Shown piece by piece: positions 47,774 through 56,698 of a DNA stretch of 64,000 nt. The notes beneath the pieces are model-generated. The model saw nothing but the letters and a program-made list of their open reading frames with translations, made no database searches and had not been told where the DNA came from. Numbering within the stretch: the stretch's first letter is position 1; each line of letters opens with the position of its first letter. The DNA lies in contig CAWFKH010000001.1 in NCBI GenBank assembly GCA_963816355.1, positions 160,001 through 224,000 of the forward strand. The letters run 5' to 3'. A program made the translations under genes and the position numbers. Source of the stretch: an uncultured Gemmatimonadales bacterium (GTDB lineage Bacteria; Gemmatimonadota; Gemmatimonadetes; Longimicrobiales; RSA9).

Positions 47774-50555
47774 GCGAGGCGACGACGCGCGCGCAGAAGC
47801 GCCCCGCCGCCGCTGGATCGCGGCGCCCGCCCGGGACGTCGCTCTGCGCATCGCGGCCGCGGCCGTGCCGTCCCGCTTCGACGGCCTCGCAGGGCCGGCC
47901 CCGCCTCCCGCCCCCCTCGGCCTCGCCGAGTTCCAGAGCCACGCCGTCGCCGCCACGCGCGCCGCCCTCGCGCGCCGCCGCGGCGCGATCCTCGCCGACG
48001 GCGTCGGCCTCGGCAAGACGCGCGTCGCGCTGGCCCACATCGACGCGGCGCTCGACGGAGGCGGCGCGGTCGTCGTCGTCGCGCCCGCGGCGCTGCGACG
48101 CATGTGGAGCGGCGCCCTCGACACGCTCCCTCTGCAGCGAAGGCGCCGCGTCACGCTGCTGACGCACGCGCTGCTGAGCCGCCGCGCGGCGCCGCGGCCG
48201 GAGCGGCTCCGGCTCGTCGTCGTGGACGAGGCGCACGCCTTCCGCAACCCGGACACGCGCCGCTATCGCGCCCTCGCACGCCTCTGCGCCGGCCTGCCGA
48301 CGCTCCTCCTCACGGCCACGCCGGTCAACAACTCGCCGCTCGACCTGCACGCGCTGCTTCGCCTCTTCGCCGGCGACACGGCCTTCCGCGACCTGGGCGT
48401 CGCCGACCTCGGCGCCCTCTTCCTCGACGCCTCCGCGCGCACGGACCCCGCGCTCGAACCGCGCCTCCTGCCGGTGCTGCGGGAGGTCCTCGTGCGACGC
48501 AGCCGCGCCTTCGTCGACGCGCACTATCCGCGGCTCCGCCTCACCGGCGCCGACGGTTCGACGCTGCGCTTCCCGCGTCGCGCGCCGCCGGACCCCATCG
48601 CGCCCGCGCTGCCGCCGGCGCTCGTCGCGCGCGTCGCGTCGCTGCTCGATGCCTTCCGCGGACGCGCTTACGCGCCGCTCGAGCCGGACGCGACCGCGAG
48701 CGCCGGACGCGTCGCCCTCGTTCGCGTGCTCCTGCTCAAACGCCTCGACTCGAGCGTGGCCGCGTTCCTCGCGACGCTGCGCCGCCAGATCCGCGTGCAC
48801 CGCGCCGTCGTGAACGCCCTCCGCGACGGCTTCGTCCCGGTCGCGCCGCCCGCCGAGACCGACCCGCTTCAGATCGAACTCGACCGGCTCGTGCTGCGCC
48901 CCCTTCCCGCCGCGGCCGACGGCCGGCGCCTCGCCGCCGCGGTCGCCGCGGACCTCGAGCGGCTCGAGACGCTGCGCCGCGACGTCGCTCCGCTCCTCGG
49001 CCCGCGCGACCCGAAGCTCGCCGCGCTGCGCTCGCTGCTCGCGCGGATCGGCGCCGCGCGCGCCGCGATCTTCACCGAGTACCGGGACACCGCCCGCTAT
49101 CTGTGGCGCGCGCTGGGCGACGCCGCCCGCGCCCGCGCGGCGCTCGTCGATGGCTCCGGGGCGCGCATCGCGAGCGGAAGGTGCTCGCGCGCGGCGGTGA
49201 TCGAGCGCTTCGCGCCGCGCGCCAACGCCGCCCCCGAGCCGCCACCCGCCGAACGCGTCGACCTCCTCGTCGCCACCGACGTCCTCTCCGAGGGCCTGAA
49301 CCTGCAGGACGCCGGTCACGTGATCAGCTACGAGCTGCCGTGGAACCCGATCCGCATCGCGCAGCGCGTCGGCCGCATCGACCGCCTCGGCTCCCCTCAC
49401 GACGTCGTCCACGCCCACCATTTCCTGCCCGACCCCGCACTCGAGCGCCTGCTTCGCCTCGCCGACCGCGTGCACCGAAAGATCCGCGGCATCCGCGCCA
49501 CCGTCGGGGACGACGGCGCGCTCCAGGCGCCGCTGCGCGCCGGCGGGACGAGGGCCACGCCGCCCGCCCGCCACTTCCCCGCCGGCGTCGCGGCCCGCCT
49601 CCGCGCCGGCGACGAGCGGCTGCTCGCCGACCTCCAGCGCGCCGATGCGTCCGCCTTCGACGTCGCCGAGCGCCTGCGGCTGGCCGTGATCCGCGCGGGG
49701 AGCGACCCGCCGAGCGATCGGCCCGCACCGAGCGGGCCCGCCTCGGCGCGTGCGCCCGCGCACACCCGACCCGGTCCGGCTCGAGACGCTAGACATTCGC
49801 CGCGCCTCGCCGCCACGCACAGCGCGGCCGCCGCGCGGCCCGGCGTCATCGTCGCGTGCGCCACGGATGCCGGAGAGGCGTGCTACTTCGTCGACCAGGA
49901 CCTCGACTGCGCTCCACTCGACGCCGCCGCCTGCGCGGTCCTGCTCGAGACGATCGAAGCCGGAGGCGGCGCGGCGCAGGACGGACCCGACGACGACGGG
50001 CGCTGCGCCGGCGCGCGTGCCCCGATTGCCGCCGACGGCGCGCGCTGCGACGACGCAGGTGCCGCGACCGCCGCCGACGGCGCGCTCGTAGCCCGCGCGG
50101 ATGCCGCCGCTCGCGCGGTCGAACGGTTCCTGGAAAGCCCGTCGATCAGTGGCTGGAGGATGGCGGGCGCGGCGAACGCCGCCCGCCCGCGCGTCCCACG
50201 CGGCGGCATCGCCCTTCTGGTCGCCGCGCGCGTCGGCGCCGCGCTGAGCGCCGAGCCGTGGGGGCCGAGCACCGACCTCTGCCGGCGCGCGGACGCCCTG
50301 CTCGCACGCCTGCGCGAGCCCCTCGACGCCGGAACCGAGTGGCGTCTCCGCGACGCGCTCCGGGCCCGCTCCACGACCGCGTCGGGTGCTTCGCCCGAAA
50401 GCCGCGACGCCATCGCGCTGCTCGATGCTCTGGACGCGGCGCTCGCAGCCCATGCCGCGCCCCGCCACCTCGCTCCCAGCCCCCTCGCTCCGCGCCGCCC
50501 GCGCACCCGCCTCGTCGCCGCGCTCGCCGTTGACCTATCTACCGACCGCCGTTAG
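47757..50555 (+). CDS. SNF2-family SF2 helicase/ATPase
   Basis: LADGVGLGKT, VVDEAH, LTATPVNN, IFTEYRDT, SEGLNLQ, LPWNP..QRVGRIDR; start uncertain. Confidence 0.87.
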   Translation: MGPTAERGDDARAEAPRRRWIAAPARDVALRIAAAAVPSRFDGLAGPAPPPAPLGLAEFQSHAVAATRAALARRRGAILADGVGLGKTRVALAHIDAALDGGGAVVVVAPAALRRMWSGALDTLPLQRRRRVTLLTHALLSRRAAPRPERLRLVVVDEAHAFRNPDTRRYRALARLCAGLPTLLLTATPVNNSPLDLHALLRLFAGDTAFRDLGVADLGALFLDASARTDPALEPRLLPVLREVLVRRSRAFVDAHYPRLRLTGADGSTLRFPRRAPPDPIAPALPPALVARVASLLDAFRGRAYAPLEPDATASAGRVALVRVLLLKRLDSSVAAFLATLRRQIRVHRAVVNALRDGFVPVAPPAETDPLQIELDRLVLRPLPAAADGRRLAAAVAADLERLETLRRDVAPLLGPRDPKLAALRSLLARIGAARAAIFTEYRDTARYLWRALGDAARARAALVDGSGARIASGRCSRAAVIERFAPRANAAPEPPPAERVDLLVATDVLSEGLNLQDAGHVISYELPWNPIRIAQRVGRIDRLGSPHDVVHAHHFLPDPALERLLRLADRVHRKIRGIRATVGDDGALQAPLRAGGTRATPPARHFPAGVAARLRAGDERLLADLQRADASAFDVAERLRLAVIRAGSDPPSDRPAPSGPASARAPAHTRPGPARDARHSPRLAATHSAAAARPGVIVACATDAGEACYFVDQDLDCAPLDAAACAVLLETIEAGGGAAQDGPDDDGRCAGARAPIAADGARCDDAGAATAADGALVARADAAARAVERFLESPSISGWRMAGAANAARPRVPRGGIALLVAARVGAALSAEPWGPSTDLCRRADALLARLREPLDAGTEWRLRDALRARSTTASGASPESRDAIALLDALDAALAAHAAPRHLAPSPLAPRRPRTRLVAALAVDLSTDRR

Positions 50556-50558
50556 CTT
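50530..50558 (+). promoter_or_regulatory. Sigma70 promoter of tRNA-Asn
   Basis: TTGACC-17 nt-TAGCTT ending 14 nt before the tRNA. Confidence 0.7.
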
Positions 50559-50572
50559 TTCGCCCGTTCCAT

Positions 50573-50645
50573 TCCGGCGTAGCTCAGTTGGTAGAGCGGA
50601 CGGCTGTTAACCGTCATGTCGCAGGTTCGAGTCCTGCCGCCGGAG
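50573..50645 (+). tRNA. tRNA-Asn(GTT)
   Basis: Acceptor stem TCCGGCG/CGCCGGA, D-arm AGCTCAGTTGGTAGAGC, anticodon loop CTGTTAA, T-loop GGTTCGAGTCC; CCA not encoded. Confidence 0.97.
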
Positions 50646-50784
50646 CTTTCGGCCTCGGTAGGTCGTTGTGCTGCAACGGCTCCCGGGGCCGTCTAGTACT
50701 GTTGCGGTTCTTCCGGCCGGTTCCGGGGGTGAGTCTTCCCACCTCCCCTGCCTTGTCGGGCCGTTGTCGGTCAACTCTTCCATA

Positions 50785-51120
50785 TAGGTTCACTACGGCG
50801 GTGCGCTGCGCCGGCCACAGCTCCCGCTCGTAGGGGATCGGCGGCATATCCTCCAATCCGCGCCGGAGGTTGGCGGAGCCGATTACGTAGCCGGAGGCAG
50901 CGCGCGTTGTCACCGCCGCGCGCGCCGGCTCGGCGGTGACCCATTCCCGCAGGGTCGTGGGCCTGTGAATGGAGAAGATCCAGCAGGTTCGTGAACCGGG
51001 TCTCGACTCCGGTACTCTGGTACAGGAACGGGAGCGAACGACGGTGCGCCGGCAGCTCTGCCGGCAACCTTCGCTGCACCTGCCCGTCTGGATCTCAACA
51101 CCCGTCAGCGTCGCCCCCGC
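50785..51120 (-). pseudogene. hsdR: Fragment of a type I restriction endonuclease R subunit
   Basis: Across two frameshifts: AGATLTGVEIQTGR.SEG / LPAELPAHRRSLPFLYQSTGVETRFTNLLD / IFSIHRPTTLREW...LRRGLEDMPP...LWPAQRTAVVNL, recalled as the HsdR segment between the nuclease and helicase motif I. Confidence 0.7.
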
Positions 51121-51407
51121 AGGCCCTTGAACGGGTGGATACCGAATCGGTAGGACTATGGCAAACACTAGGCGCACCGGCCGACATGCACAACGAGTCA
51201 GCACTAGGGCAGTCCCAGCCACGATCGTAGGGCCGCGGACGCACCTACCTCACGGAGGCAGGGCTGCCGCGACTTTCGGGCTACGCGAAATAGATTGCGC
51301 GTTGCCGGCAACCGGGCCAGACTGGTTCTCGTACACTGTCGCCTGGCCAACCCCCAATCCGGTGCCGCGCCCGCCAGACCACCTGCGCTCCGACAAGCGA
51401 GGAAGAA

Positions 51408-52259
51408 ATGACCATCGTTGCCTGCCTGAAAGTGTCCGACGGGGTAGTGCTGGGCGCGGATAGCGCAGGCACGCTCCTGGGCGGGAATGCGGTACAGAAC
51501 GTCTATTTCAATCAGGAGAAGATCGCGAACCTCCGCAAAGGGCTGCCTATCGGCATCGCGACCTACGGGCTCGGTGGACTCGCCGGCCGTTCTCTGACGA
51601 GTCTGGCCAAGGATCTCCGGAAGCGGTTCTCTGCCCCAGGCGATTGGCACCTGGACCCGGAGAACTACACGATGGAGGACGTCGCGAAGAGGGTCCGGGA
51701 GTTCTTCTACAAGGAGCTCTACGTTCCGGAGCACGGCCACGCGCCGTCGGGAGAGGCGCCCCCCCTCGGATTCGTCGTCGCCGGATACTCGGCGGAAGCC
51801 CGGAAGCCGGAGGTCTGGACGGTGGAAATCGACAACGATGGCGCGTGTCCTGGACCGCAGCTAGTTTACCGGGAGGACAACGCGGGGACGATGCTGTGGC
51901 GGGGGCAGCCGGAAGCGTTGAACCGCCTGTTCCTTGGCGTTGCCACTGAATCCTATCAACGGCTGTTGGCTGGCGGCTTGACCGAGCCGGACGCGCAGAA
52001 TGTGCTCCAGAGCCCGGCGCCTCTGGCGCACCCGGCGATGCCTATTCAGGACGCGATTGACTTGGTGAAGTTCGCGTGCGATACGACGTGCGGGTTCATC
52101 AGGTTCCAGACCGGCGCCCCTATCGTGGCTCCGCCAATCGACATCGCGGCAGTAACATTGCATGAGCGATTCAAGTGGGTCCAGCGGAAGCACTACTTCC
52201 CGGGGGAGTTGAATCCCCCGCCAGAGTGGGACCCGGCCCGCCAGTGGCCTAGCGAATAG
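51408..52259 (+). CDS. Proteasome-beta-like / Ntn-hydrolase-fold protein of unknown function
   Basis: GAGGAAG RBS; N-terminus M-T-I-V-A...DGVVLGADS, K(I) near residue 38, GIATYG, FVVAGY. Confidence 0.65.
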   Translation: MTIVACLKVSDGVVLGADSAGTLLGGNAVQNVYFNQEKIANLRKGLPIGIATYGLGGLAGRSLTSLAKDLRKRFSAPGDWHLDPENYTMEDVAKRVREFFYKELYVPEHGHAPSGEAPPLGFVVAGYSAEARKPEVWTVEIDNDGACPGPQLVYREDNAGTMLWRGQPEALNRLFLGVATESYQRLLAGGLTEPDAQNVLQSPAPLAHPAMPIQDAIDLVKFACDTTCGFIRFQTGAPIVAPPIDIAAVTLHERFKWVQRKHYFPGELNPPPEWDPARQWPSE

Positions 52260-52269
52260 GAGTAAGGAA

Positions 52270-52452
52270 ATGTTGCAGCTTCCGACGGCGGTCCCGAACA
52301 TACCGATGCCCAAACCAAGCATCGAGGGCAGGGAAGCATCTCTGAGCCGTGGAGAGACGGCCCCTGGGCCGGTCAAGAAGAAGACCATCACGGTGCTGAG
52401 GAAGATTGCCAGGCAGGAAGAGGCCAGGAAGAAGGAAAAGGGCGAATCCTGA
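52270..52452 (+). CDS. Small basic, Pro/Lys-rich 60-aa protein
   Basis: AGGAG and TAAGG SD-like sequence 10 nt after the upstream stop; ends just before the terminator. Confidence 0.45.
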   Translation: MLQLPTAVPNIPMPKPSIEGREASLSRGETAPGPVKKKTITVLRKIARQEEARKKEKGES

Positions 52453-52471
52453 CTCCGGCCCGGCGCCGGTG

Positions 52472-52509
52472 AAGGCCGCCCCACCCGTTACGGTGGAGCG
52501 GCCTTTTTT
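52472..52509 (+). terminator. Rho-independent terminator
   Basis: AAGGCCGCCCCACC-loop-GGTGGAGCGGCCTT followed by further Ts (six in a row). Confidence 0.8.
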
Positions 52510-52627
52510 GGGGTTGCAGGCTCCGGGTCGGGGCAGCCTACCGGTTCCGTGGACGCTCCTCCGAATTCCATCGCCTTCCTGGAACCGGAGCTGCGCGGCA
52601 AAAGCCAGTTCGTCCACTTCCCCCAAG

Positions 52628-52800
52628 TGTCAACGCGGTTGCGAAGTCGACAGGTGCAGCGGTGTAGAAATGGACACTCCCGCCGGTGGTACGGCTAAGG
52701 CGGCATGACGGTCTCCCGACCGGGCGCGGATCAGGTGTGAAAAGAGGGTCGGGGCTTTTGGGGGCAAGATCCCCCTTGGCGCCGGGCGTCAGGAGAGGTA
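52628..52800 (+). mobile_element. Probable IS21-family terminal remnant without transposase
   Basis: Starts TGTCAACG, then two internal imperfect repeats GCGGTTGCGAAGTCGACAG and GCGGTGTAGAAATGGACAC; ends at an SD-like AGGAG with no istA behind it. Confidence 0.4.
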
Positions 52801-53002
52801 CGATGCGGCCGGCCCCCCGTCCGCGCCGCCCGCACCGTCCCCATGCGGCTGGCCCCGCGGACTCCGGGCGAGGCGCTGCGGGTTATAGCTTCAATGGATG
52901 GAAGCGATCGCGCGATCCGGAGCCCGCCGTCGCACCGCCCTGCCCACGTCCGCGCCGTACGGGCGCACGAACGCGCGCCCGGCAAGCGCCCTCTCCACTC
53001 CC

Positions 53003-53803
53003 TCACGCGAGCGGCCGCAGCAGGTCGTCGCGGTAGGTGCGGCTCACCTTCAGGCGGCGCCCGTCGCGCAGGATCGCGATGTAGTCGCCGCCCACCCACG
53101 GCTTCACCTCCGCGATGCGCGACACGTTCACGATGGTGGAGCGGTGGATGCGGACGAAGCGGCGCGGGTCGAGCCGCGACTGCAGGTCGGCGAGCGTCGA
53201 GCGGATCAGGTGCTGCGCCTCGCCGGTGTGGAGGCGGACGTAGTTCCCCGCGGACTGGAACCAGTCGACGTCCTCCGCGTCGACGAAGTAGATCCGCGCC
53301 GTGTCGCGCACCATGATCCGCTCCGCGAAGCCGGCGTCCGCCGATCCGCCGGCGCCGGGCCCGATCGCCTGGCGCAGAAGCGCGTCCAGCGAGCGGCGCG
53401 CCTCGCCCTGCCGCCGGCGCCGCACCTGCTCGAGCGCCCGGCCGACGCACGCCGCCAGCCTGGCGTCGTCGAACGGCTTGAGCAGATAATCGAGGGCGTG
53501 GACCTCGAACGCGCGCACAGCGTGCTCGTCGTACGCCGTGACGAAGACCACCTCCGGGACGTCGCGGCCGAGCTCGCGCAGGACCGCGAAGCCGTCCATG
53601 TCCGGCATCTGGATGTCCAGGAAGAGCAGGTCGGGCGTGAGCGCCCGCGCGAGCCGGAGCGCCTCGCGGCCGTCGCCCGCCTCGCCCACCACCTCGACCT
53701 CCGGGTGCGCGCGCAGGGCCAGCCGCAGGCCGTCGAGCGCGAGCGGCTCGTCGTCGATCAGGATCGCGGTGACCGGCTGCGCGGGGTCCGTTCTGCTTCG
53801 CAT
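53003..53803 (-). CDS. LytTR-family response regulator
   Basis: IDDEPLA, FLDIQMP, FVTAYD, DYLLKPF, FVRIHRSTIVN, VSRTY. Confidence 0.93.
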   Translation of the reverse strand: MRSRTDPAQPVTAILIDDEPLALDGLRLALRAHPEVEVVGEAGDGREALRLARALTPDLLFLDIQMPDMDGFAVLRELGRDVPEVVFVTAYDEHAVRAFEVHALDYLLKPFDDARLAACVGRALEQVRRRRQGEARRSLDALLRQAIGPGAGGSADAGFAERIMVRDTARIYFVDAEDVDWFQSAGNYVRLHTGEAQHLIRSTLADLQSRLDPRRFVRIHRSTIVNVSRIAEVKPWVGGDYIAILRDGRRLKVSRTYRDDLLRPLA

Positions 53804-53973
53804 GCCTCCATTATGAAACGGCGGCCGGCGCCCCGGCGGTGTCGAGGGGATCGGGCGTGCGTGCGCGTGACGAGCCGCCGGCGGGCGCCGCGAAGACGCG
53901 CGTCGCCGGCCACACCAGATTCGAGCGCCGCGCGCCGCGGCGCAAGCGATCCCCATGGCTACGGGGGCATCCT

Positions 53974-55257
53974 TTGAACGAGCCGGGAACGCCGGTACCC
54001 GTCCGCTTCACGTCACGCGAGCGGCTCGGCGTCGTCGCGATCTGGGCCGCGCTGGGGCTGATCGAATCGTCGAAGGCGTGGATCACCGCGCGGCCGGGCC
54101 CGCAGCCGCTGGACTGGGTCACGGCCCTCGTCGCGAACATGCCGTGGTGGCTGATGTGGGCCGTCCTCACGCCGGCCGTCGTGCTGCTGGCTCGTCGCGT
54201 GCGCCCCGAGCGCGGCCGGGCCGCCTTCGTCCTCGCCCACGTGGCCGCCGGGACCGCGCTCTCGCTCCTCCACCACCTGGTCGTGGGCACCCTCTTCTAC
54301 CTGACGCGCACCCGCGGCATGACGGTGCCGTTCGAGGGCGAGATGGTGCGCATGACGCTGGCGCTGCAGCTTCGCTTCTTCTTCGCCAGCTTCTTCATGC
54401 TCAACCTCCTCACCTACTTCGCCGTCGTCGGCGCCTACTACGGCCTCGAGTTCTACAAGCGCTACCGGAGCAGCGAGCTGCGCGCCGCCCGCCTCGAGGC
54501 GGGGATGCAGCGCGCGCGCCTCGCCGCGCTCCAGATGGAGCTCAACCCGCACTTCCTCTTCAACACCCTCAACGCCGTCGCCGGCCTCGTACGGCGCAAG
54601 GAAGACGACGGCGCCGTCCGCATGCTCGCCCGCCTCTCCGAGCTCCTGCGCGCGACGCTCGAGCAGGGCGGCGACACGGAAGTCCCGCTGCAGAAGGAGC
54701 TCGAGCTGCTCGGGACCTACCTCGAGATCGAGCGGATCCGCTTCGGCGAACGCCTGTCCGTGGCCGTGGAAGCCGACGACGCCGCGCGCGCCGCCCTCCT
54801 TCCGCCCCTCATCCTGCAGCCGCTCGTCGAAAACGCCGTGCGGCACGGCGTCGCGAAGCAGGCGGGGCCCGGCCGCATCCTCATCGCCGCCGTCCGCGAG
54901 CGCGGCCAACTCGTCCTCACTGTGACGAACACCGGACCGCCCCCGGACGGGACGCCCGCTGCCGCCACGGCCGCCGACGGCGCCGCGGACGCCGGCGGCG
55001 GCGTCGGCCTCGCCAACGCCCGCGAGCGCCTCGCCGAGCTCTACGGCGCGCGGGCGACGCTGACGCTCGAGCCGCTGCCGGGCGGCGGCGCGTGCGCGGT
55101 CATCCGATTGCCGGTCCGGGAGGACGCCGGGGAGGCGAAAGGCGAGCCGGAGGGCGGGCCGGATGACGACGGGGAGGGCGCGACGCGGCCCGCGCCCTCC
55201 CCCGGCGTCAGGGCAGTCGCTTCAGGCGCACGTCCGCCACCCGCTCCACGAACGTAG
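53974..55257 (+). CDS. LytS/YehU-like sensor histidine kinase
   Basis: N-terminal TM segments; LNPHFLFNTLN, YLEIERIRFGERL, LQPLVENAVRHG, GVGLAN; start uncertain. Confidence 0.9.
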   Translation: MNEPGTPVPVRFTSRERLGVVAIWAALGLIESSKAWITARPGPQPLDWVTALVANMPWWLMWAVLTPAVVLLARRVRPERGRAAFVLAHVAAGTALSLLHHLVVGTLFYLTRTRGMTVPFEGEMVRMTLALQLRFFFASFFMLNLLTYFAVVGAYYGLEFYKRYRSSELRAARLEAGMQRARLAALQMELNPHFLFNTLNAVAGLVRRKEDDGAVRMLARLSELLRATLEQGGDTEVPLQKELELLGTYLEIERIRFGERLSVAVEADDAARAALLPPLILQPLVENAVRHGVAKQAGPGRILIAAVRERGQLVLTVTNTGPPPDGTPAAATAADGAADAGGGVGLANARERLAELYGARATLTLEPLPGGGACAVIRLPVREDAGEAKGEPEGGPDDDGEGATRPAPSPGVRAVASGARPPPAPRT

Positions 55258-55888
55258 CCGGATTGAACGGGTCGTCCGCGGCGGCGTTGAGCTGATAGGA
55301 CTCGCTCAGTTGGTACGCGTGGCCATCCACCCCTTGCAGCGTGCCGGTCGCTCCTTCGTGGAAGCTTGCATTGGAGAACGTCGAGATCCGGCGCGCCGTC
55401 CCCTCCGCGATCCGCTCGGGACCGAGGATGAAGGCGCAGAACTGGCTCCCGTCGCCCACCAGGTTCCCGATCCCCAGGAGCGAGAGGTCCCCGGTGAAGC
55501 CCGCCTCCGCCGTCGACGTCGCGTGGTACACCGAGATCCGCACCGCGTCCGACGTCACCTGCACCAGCCGCTCGCCGATCTCCGACGGCGTCAGGACCCG
55601 CAGCACCTCGACCGTGTTGAACGCGCCCTCCGGCAGACAGAGGTTCGACGGCGCGTGCACGCTCAGGAGCTGGCGCTCGGCGTCGAACACCACCAGGAAC
55701 TCGAGGTTCGCGAAACGCATGAGCGCCGCGCCGTCGGCCCCCACGACGTCCGGGCTCGCGTCGGCCGCCGCAACGGCCGCCGCGACGGGAGCCGCCGGCG
55801 CCGCCGGGCTGGCCGTTGATCCCTCGCCGCAGGCGGCGATGCACGCCGCCGCGAGCAGCACGGGAAAGAGCGTTCGAGAGCTGGACAT
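55208..55888 (-). CDS. Hypothetical lipoprotein
   Basis: GGAGG RBS; signal peptide with IAAC lipobox; 50-bp 3' overlap with the kinase. Confidence 0.65.
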   Translation of the reverse strand: MSSSRTLFPVLLAAACIAACGEGSTASPAAPAAPVAAAVAAADASPDVVGADGAALMRFANLEFLVVFDAERQLLSVHAPSNLCLPEGAFNTVEVLRVLTPSEIGERLVQVTSDAVRISVYHATSTAEAGFTGDLSLLGIGNLVGDGSQFCAFILGPERIAEGTARRISTFSNASFHEGATGTLQGVDGHAYQLSESYQLNAAADDPFNPATFVERVADVRLKRLP

Positions 55889-55991
55889 CAGCCTGACCTC
55901 CGCTGGGGGAATTCGACTTCCTCACGTCCTTCTCCCCCCAACGCTACCGGCTTCACCCCGCGCCCTCCCAGGCCGCCGGGGCAACGCGTGC

Positions 55992-56639
55992 TCAGCCGTG
56001 ACGGAGGGTTCCCTCGAGCCACGCGGCGACTCGACCCGCCCGGCCCTCGACCGCCGCCCGCTGCAGCACCGCCGCTCCGGCCACGTCGTCCCGCGACAGC
56101 GCCGCGACCACCTCCCCGTGCTCCCGCACCGTCGCCTCCACGTCCACCCTCTCGCGCGCCCACGCCCGCTCCACCGCCCGCGTCCGCCGCGCCGCCCGCT
56201 CGATCGCCTCCAGCAGCACCCCGTTCGGACACCCTGACAGCAGCGACCCCCGCCACGCCTCCGCCAGCTCGATCACCCGCTCCACGTCCCCGGCCGCGCG
56301 CGCCGTCGCCGCGTTCAGCCGCGCGAGCCGGACCAGCTCACCCGACCTCAGCGCGCCCGCCGCCGCCAGCGCCGCCGGCTCCAGCAGCGCCCGCACCTCG
56401 CCCAGCTCCCGCACCTCCGCCGCACCCGGCCCTCGAACGAAGAAACCCCGCCGCGGCCGCACCTCCAGCAGATCCTCCGCCGCCAGCCGCGACAGCGCCT
56501 CCCGCAGCGGCGTCCGGCTCACCTCCAGCAGCCGCGCCAGATCGACCTCGTTGATGCGCGACCCCGCCGCCATCGCGCCGCTCGTGATGCGGCCGCGCAG
56601 TCGTGCGGCGAGGTCGTGCGGCAGGTTCTCCCGGCTCAT
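55992..56639 (-). CDS. GntR/FCD family transcriptional regulator
   Basis: INEVDLARLLEVSRTPLREALSRL, RRGFFV, R..LE, CPN, EH. Confidence 0.88.
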   Translation of the reverse strand: MSRENLPHDLAARLRGRITSGAMAAGSRINEVDLARLLEVSRTPLREALSRLAAEDLLEVRPRRGFFVRGPGAAEVRELGEVRALLEPAALAAAGALRSGELVRLARLNAATARAAGDVERVIELAEAWRGSLLSGCPNGVLLEAIERAARRTRAVERAWARERVDVEATVREHGEVVAALSRDDVAGAAVLQRAAVEGRAGRVAAWLEGTLRHG

Positions 56640-56649
56640 TCTCTGAATA

Positions 56650-56659
56650 CTGTATACAG
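56650..56659. promoter_or_regulatory. Palindromic operator, probable GntR autoregulation site
   Basis: CTGTATACAG perfect palindrome 10 nt upstream of the GntR ATG, with adjacent half site CTGAATA. Confidence 0.55.
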
Positions 56660-56698
56660 ATGGCGGCGGCGCAAGGGCCAGCGACCACGACGAAACCA

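Larger units (their letters stand above)
50646..52800. mobile_element. Small lower-GC islet downstream of tRNA-Asn (decayed island; no integrase seen)
   Basis: Visibly more A/T and non-host codon usage; contains hsdR debris, a cargo unit and an IS-like end; right boundary approximate. Confidence 0.6.

Noticed and set aside
42686..48256. 1856-aa minus-strand ORF
   Set aside because: Only the last 427 aa (patatin) are real; the rest is the antisense shadow of the MTase and helicase in stop-poor GC-rich DNA
44384..50555. Complete DISARM or BREX system
   Set aside because: drmA/B/C and brxC/pglZ/brxL are not present in the window
50646..53000. attR duplication of the tRNA 3' end and an integrase
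   Set aside because: Neither found by eye, so an intact integrative element is not claimed
56643..56659. LexA SOS box
   Set aside because: Spacing does not fit CTGT-N8-ACAG; a GntR operator explains it better
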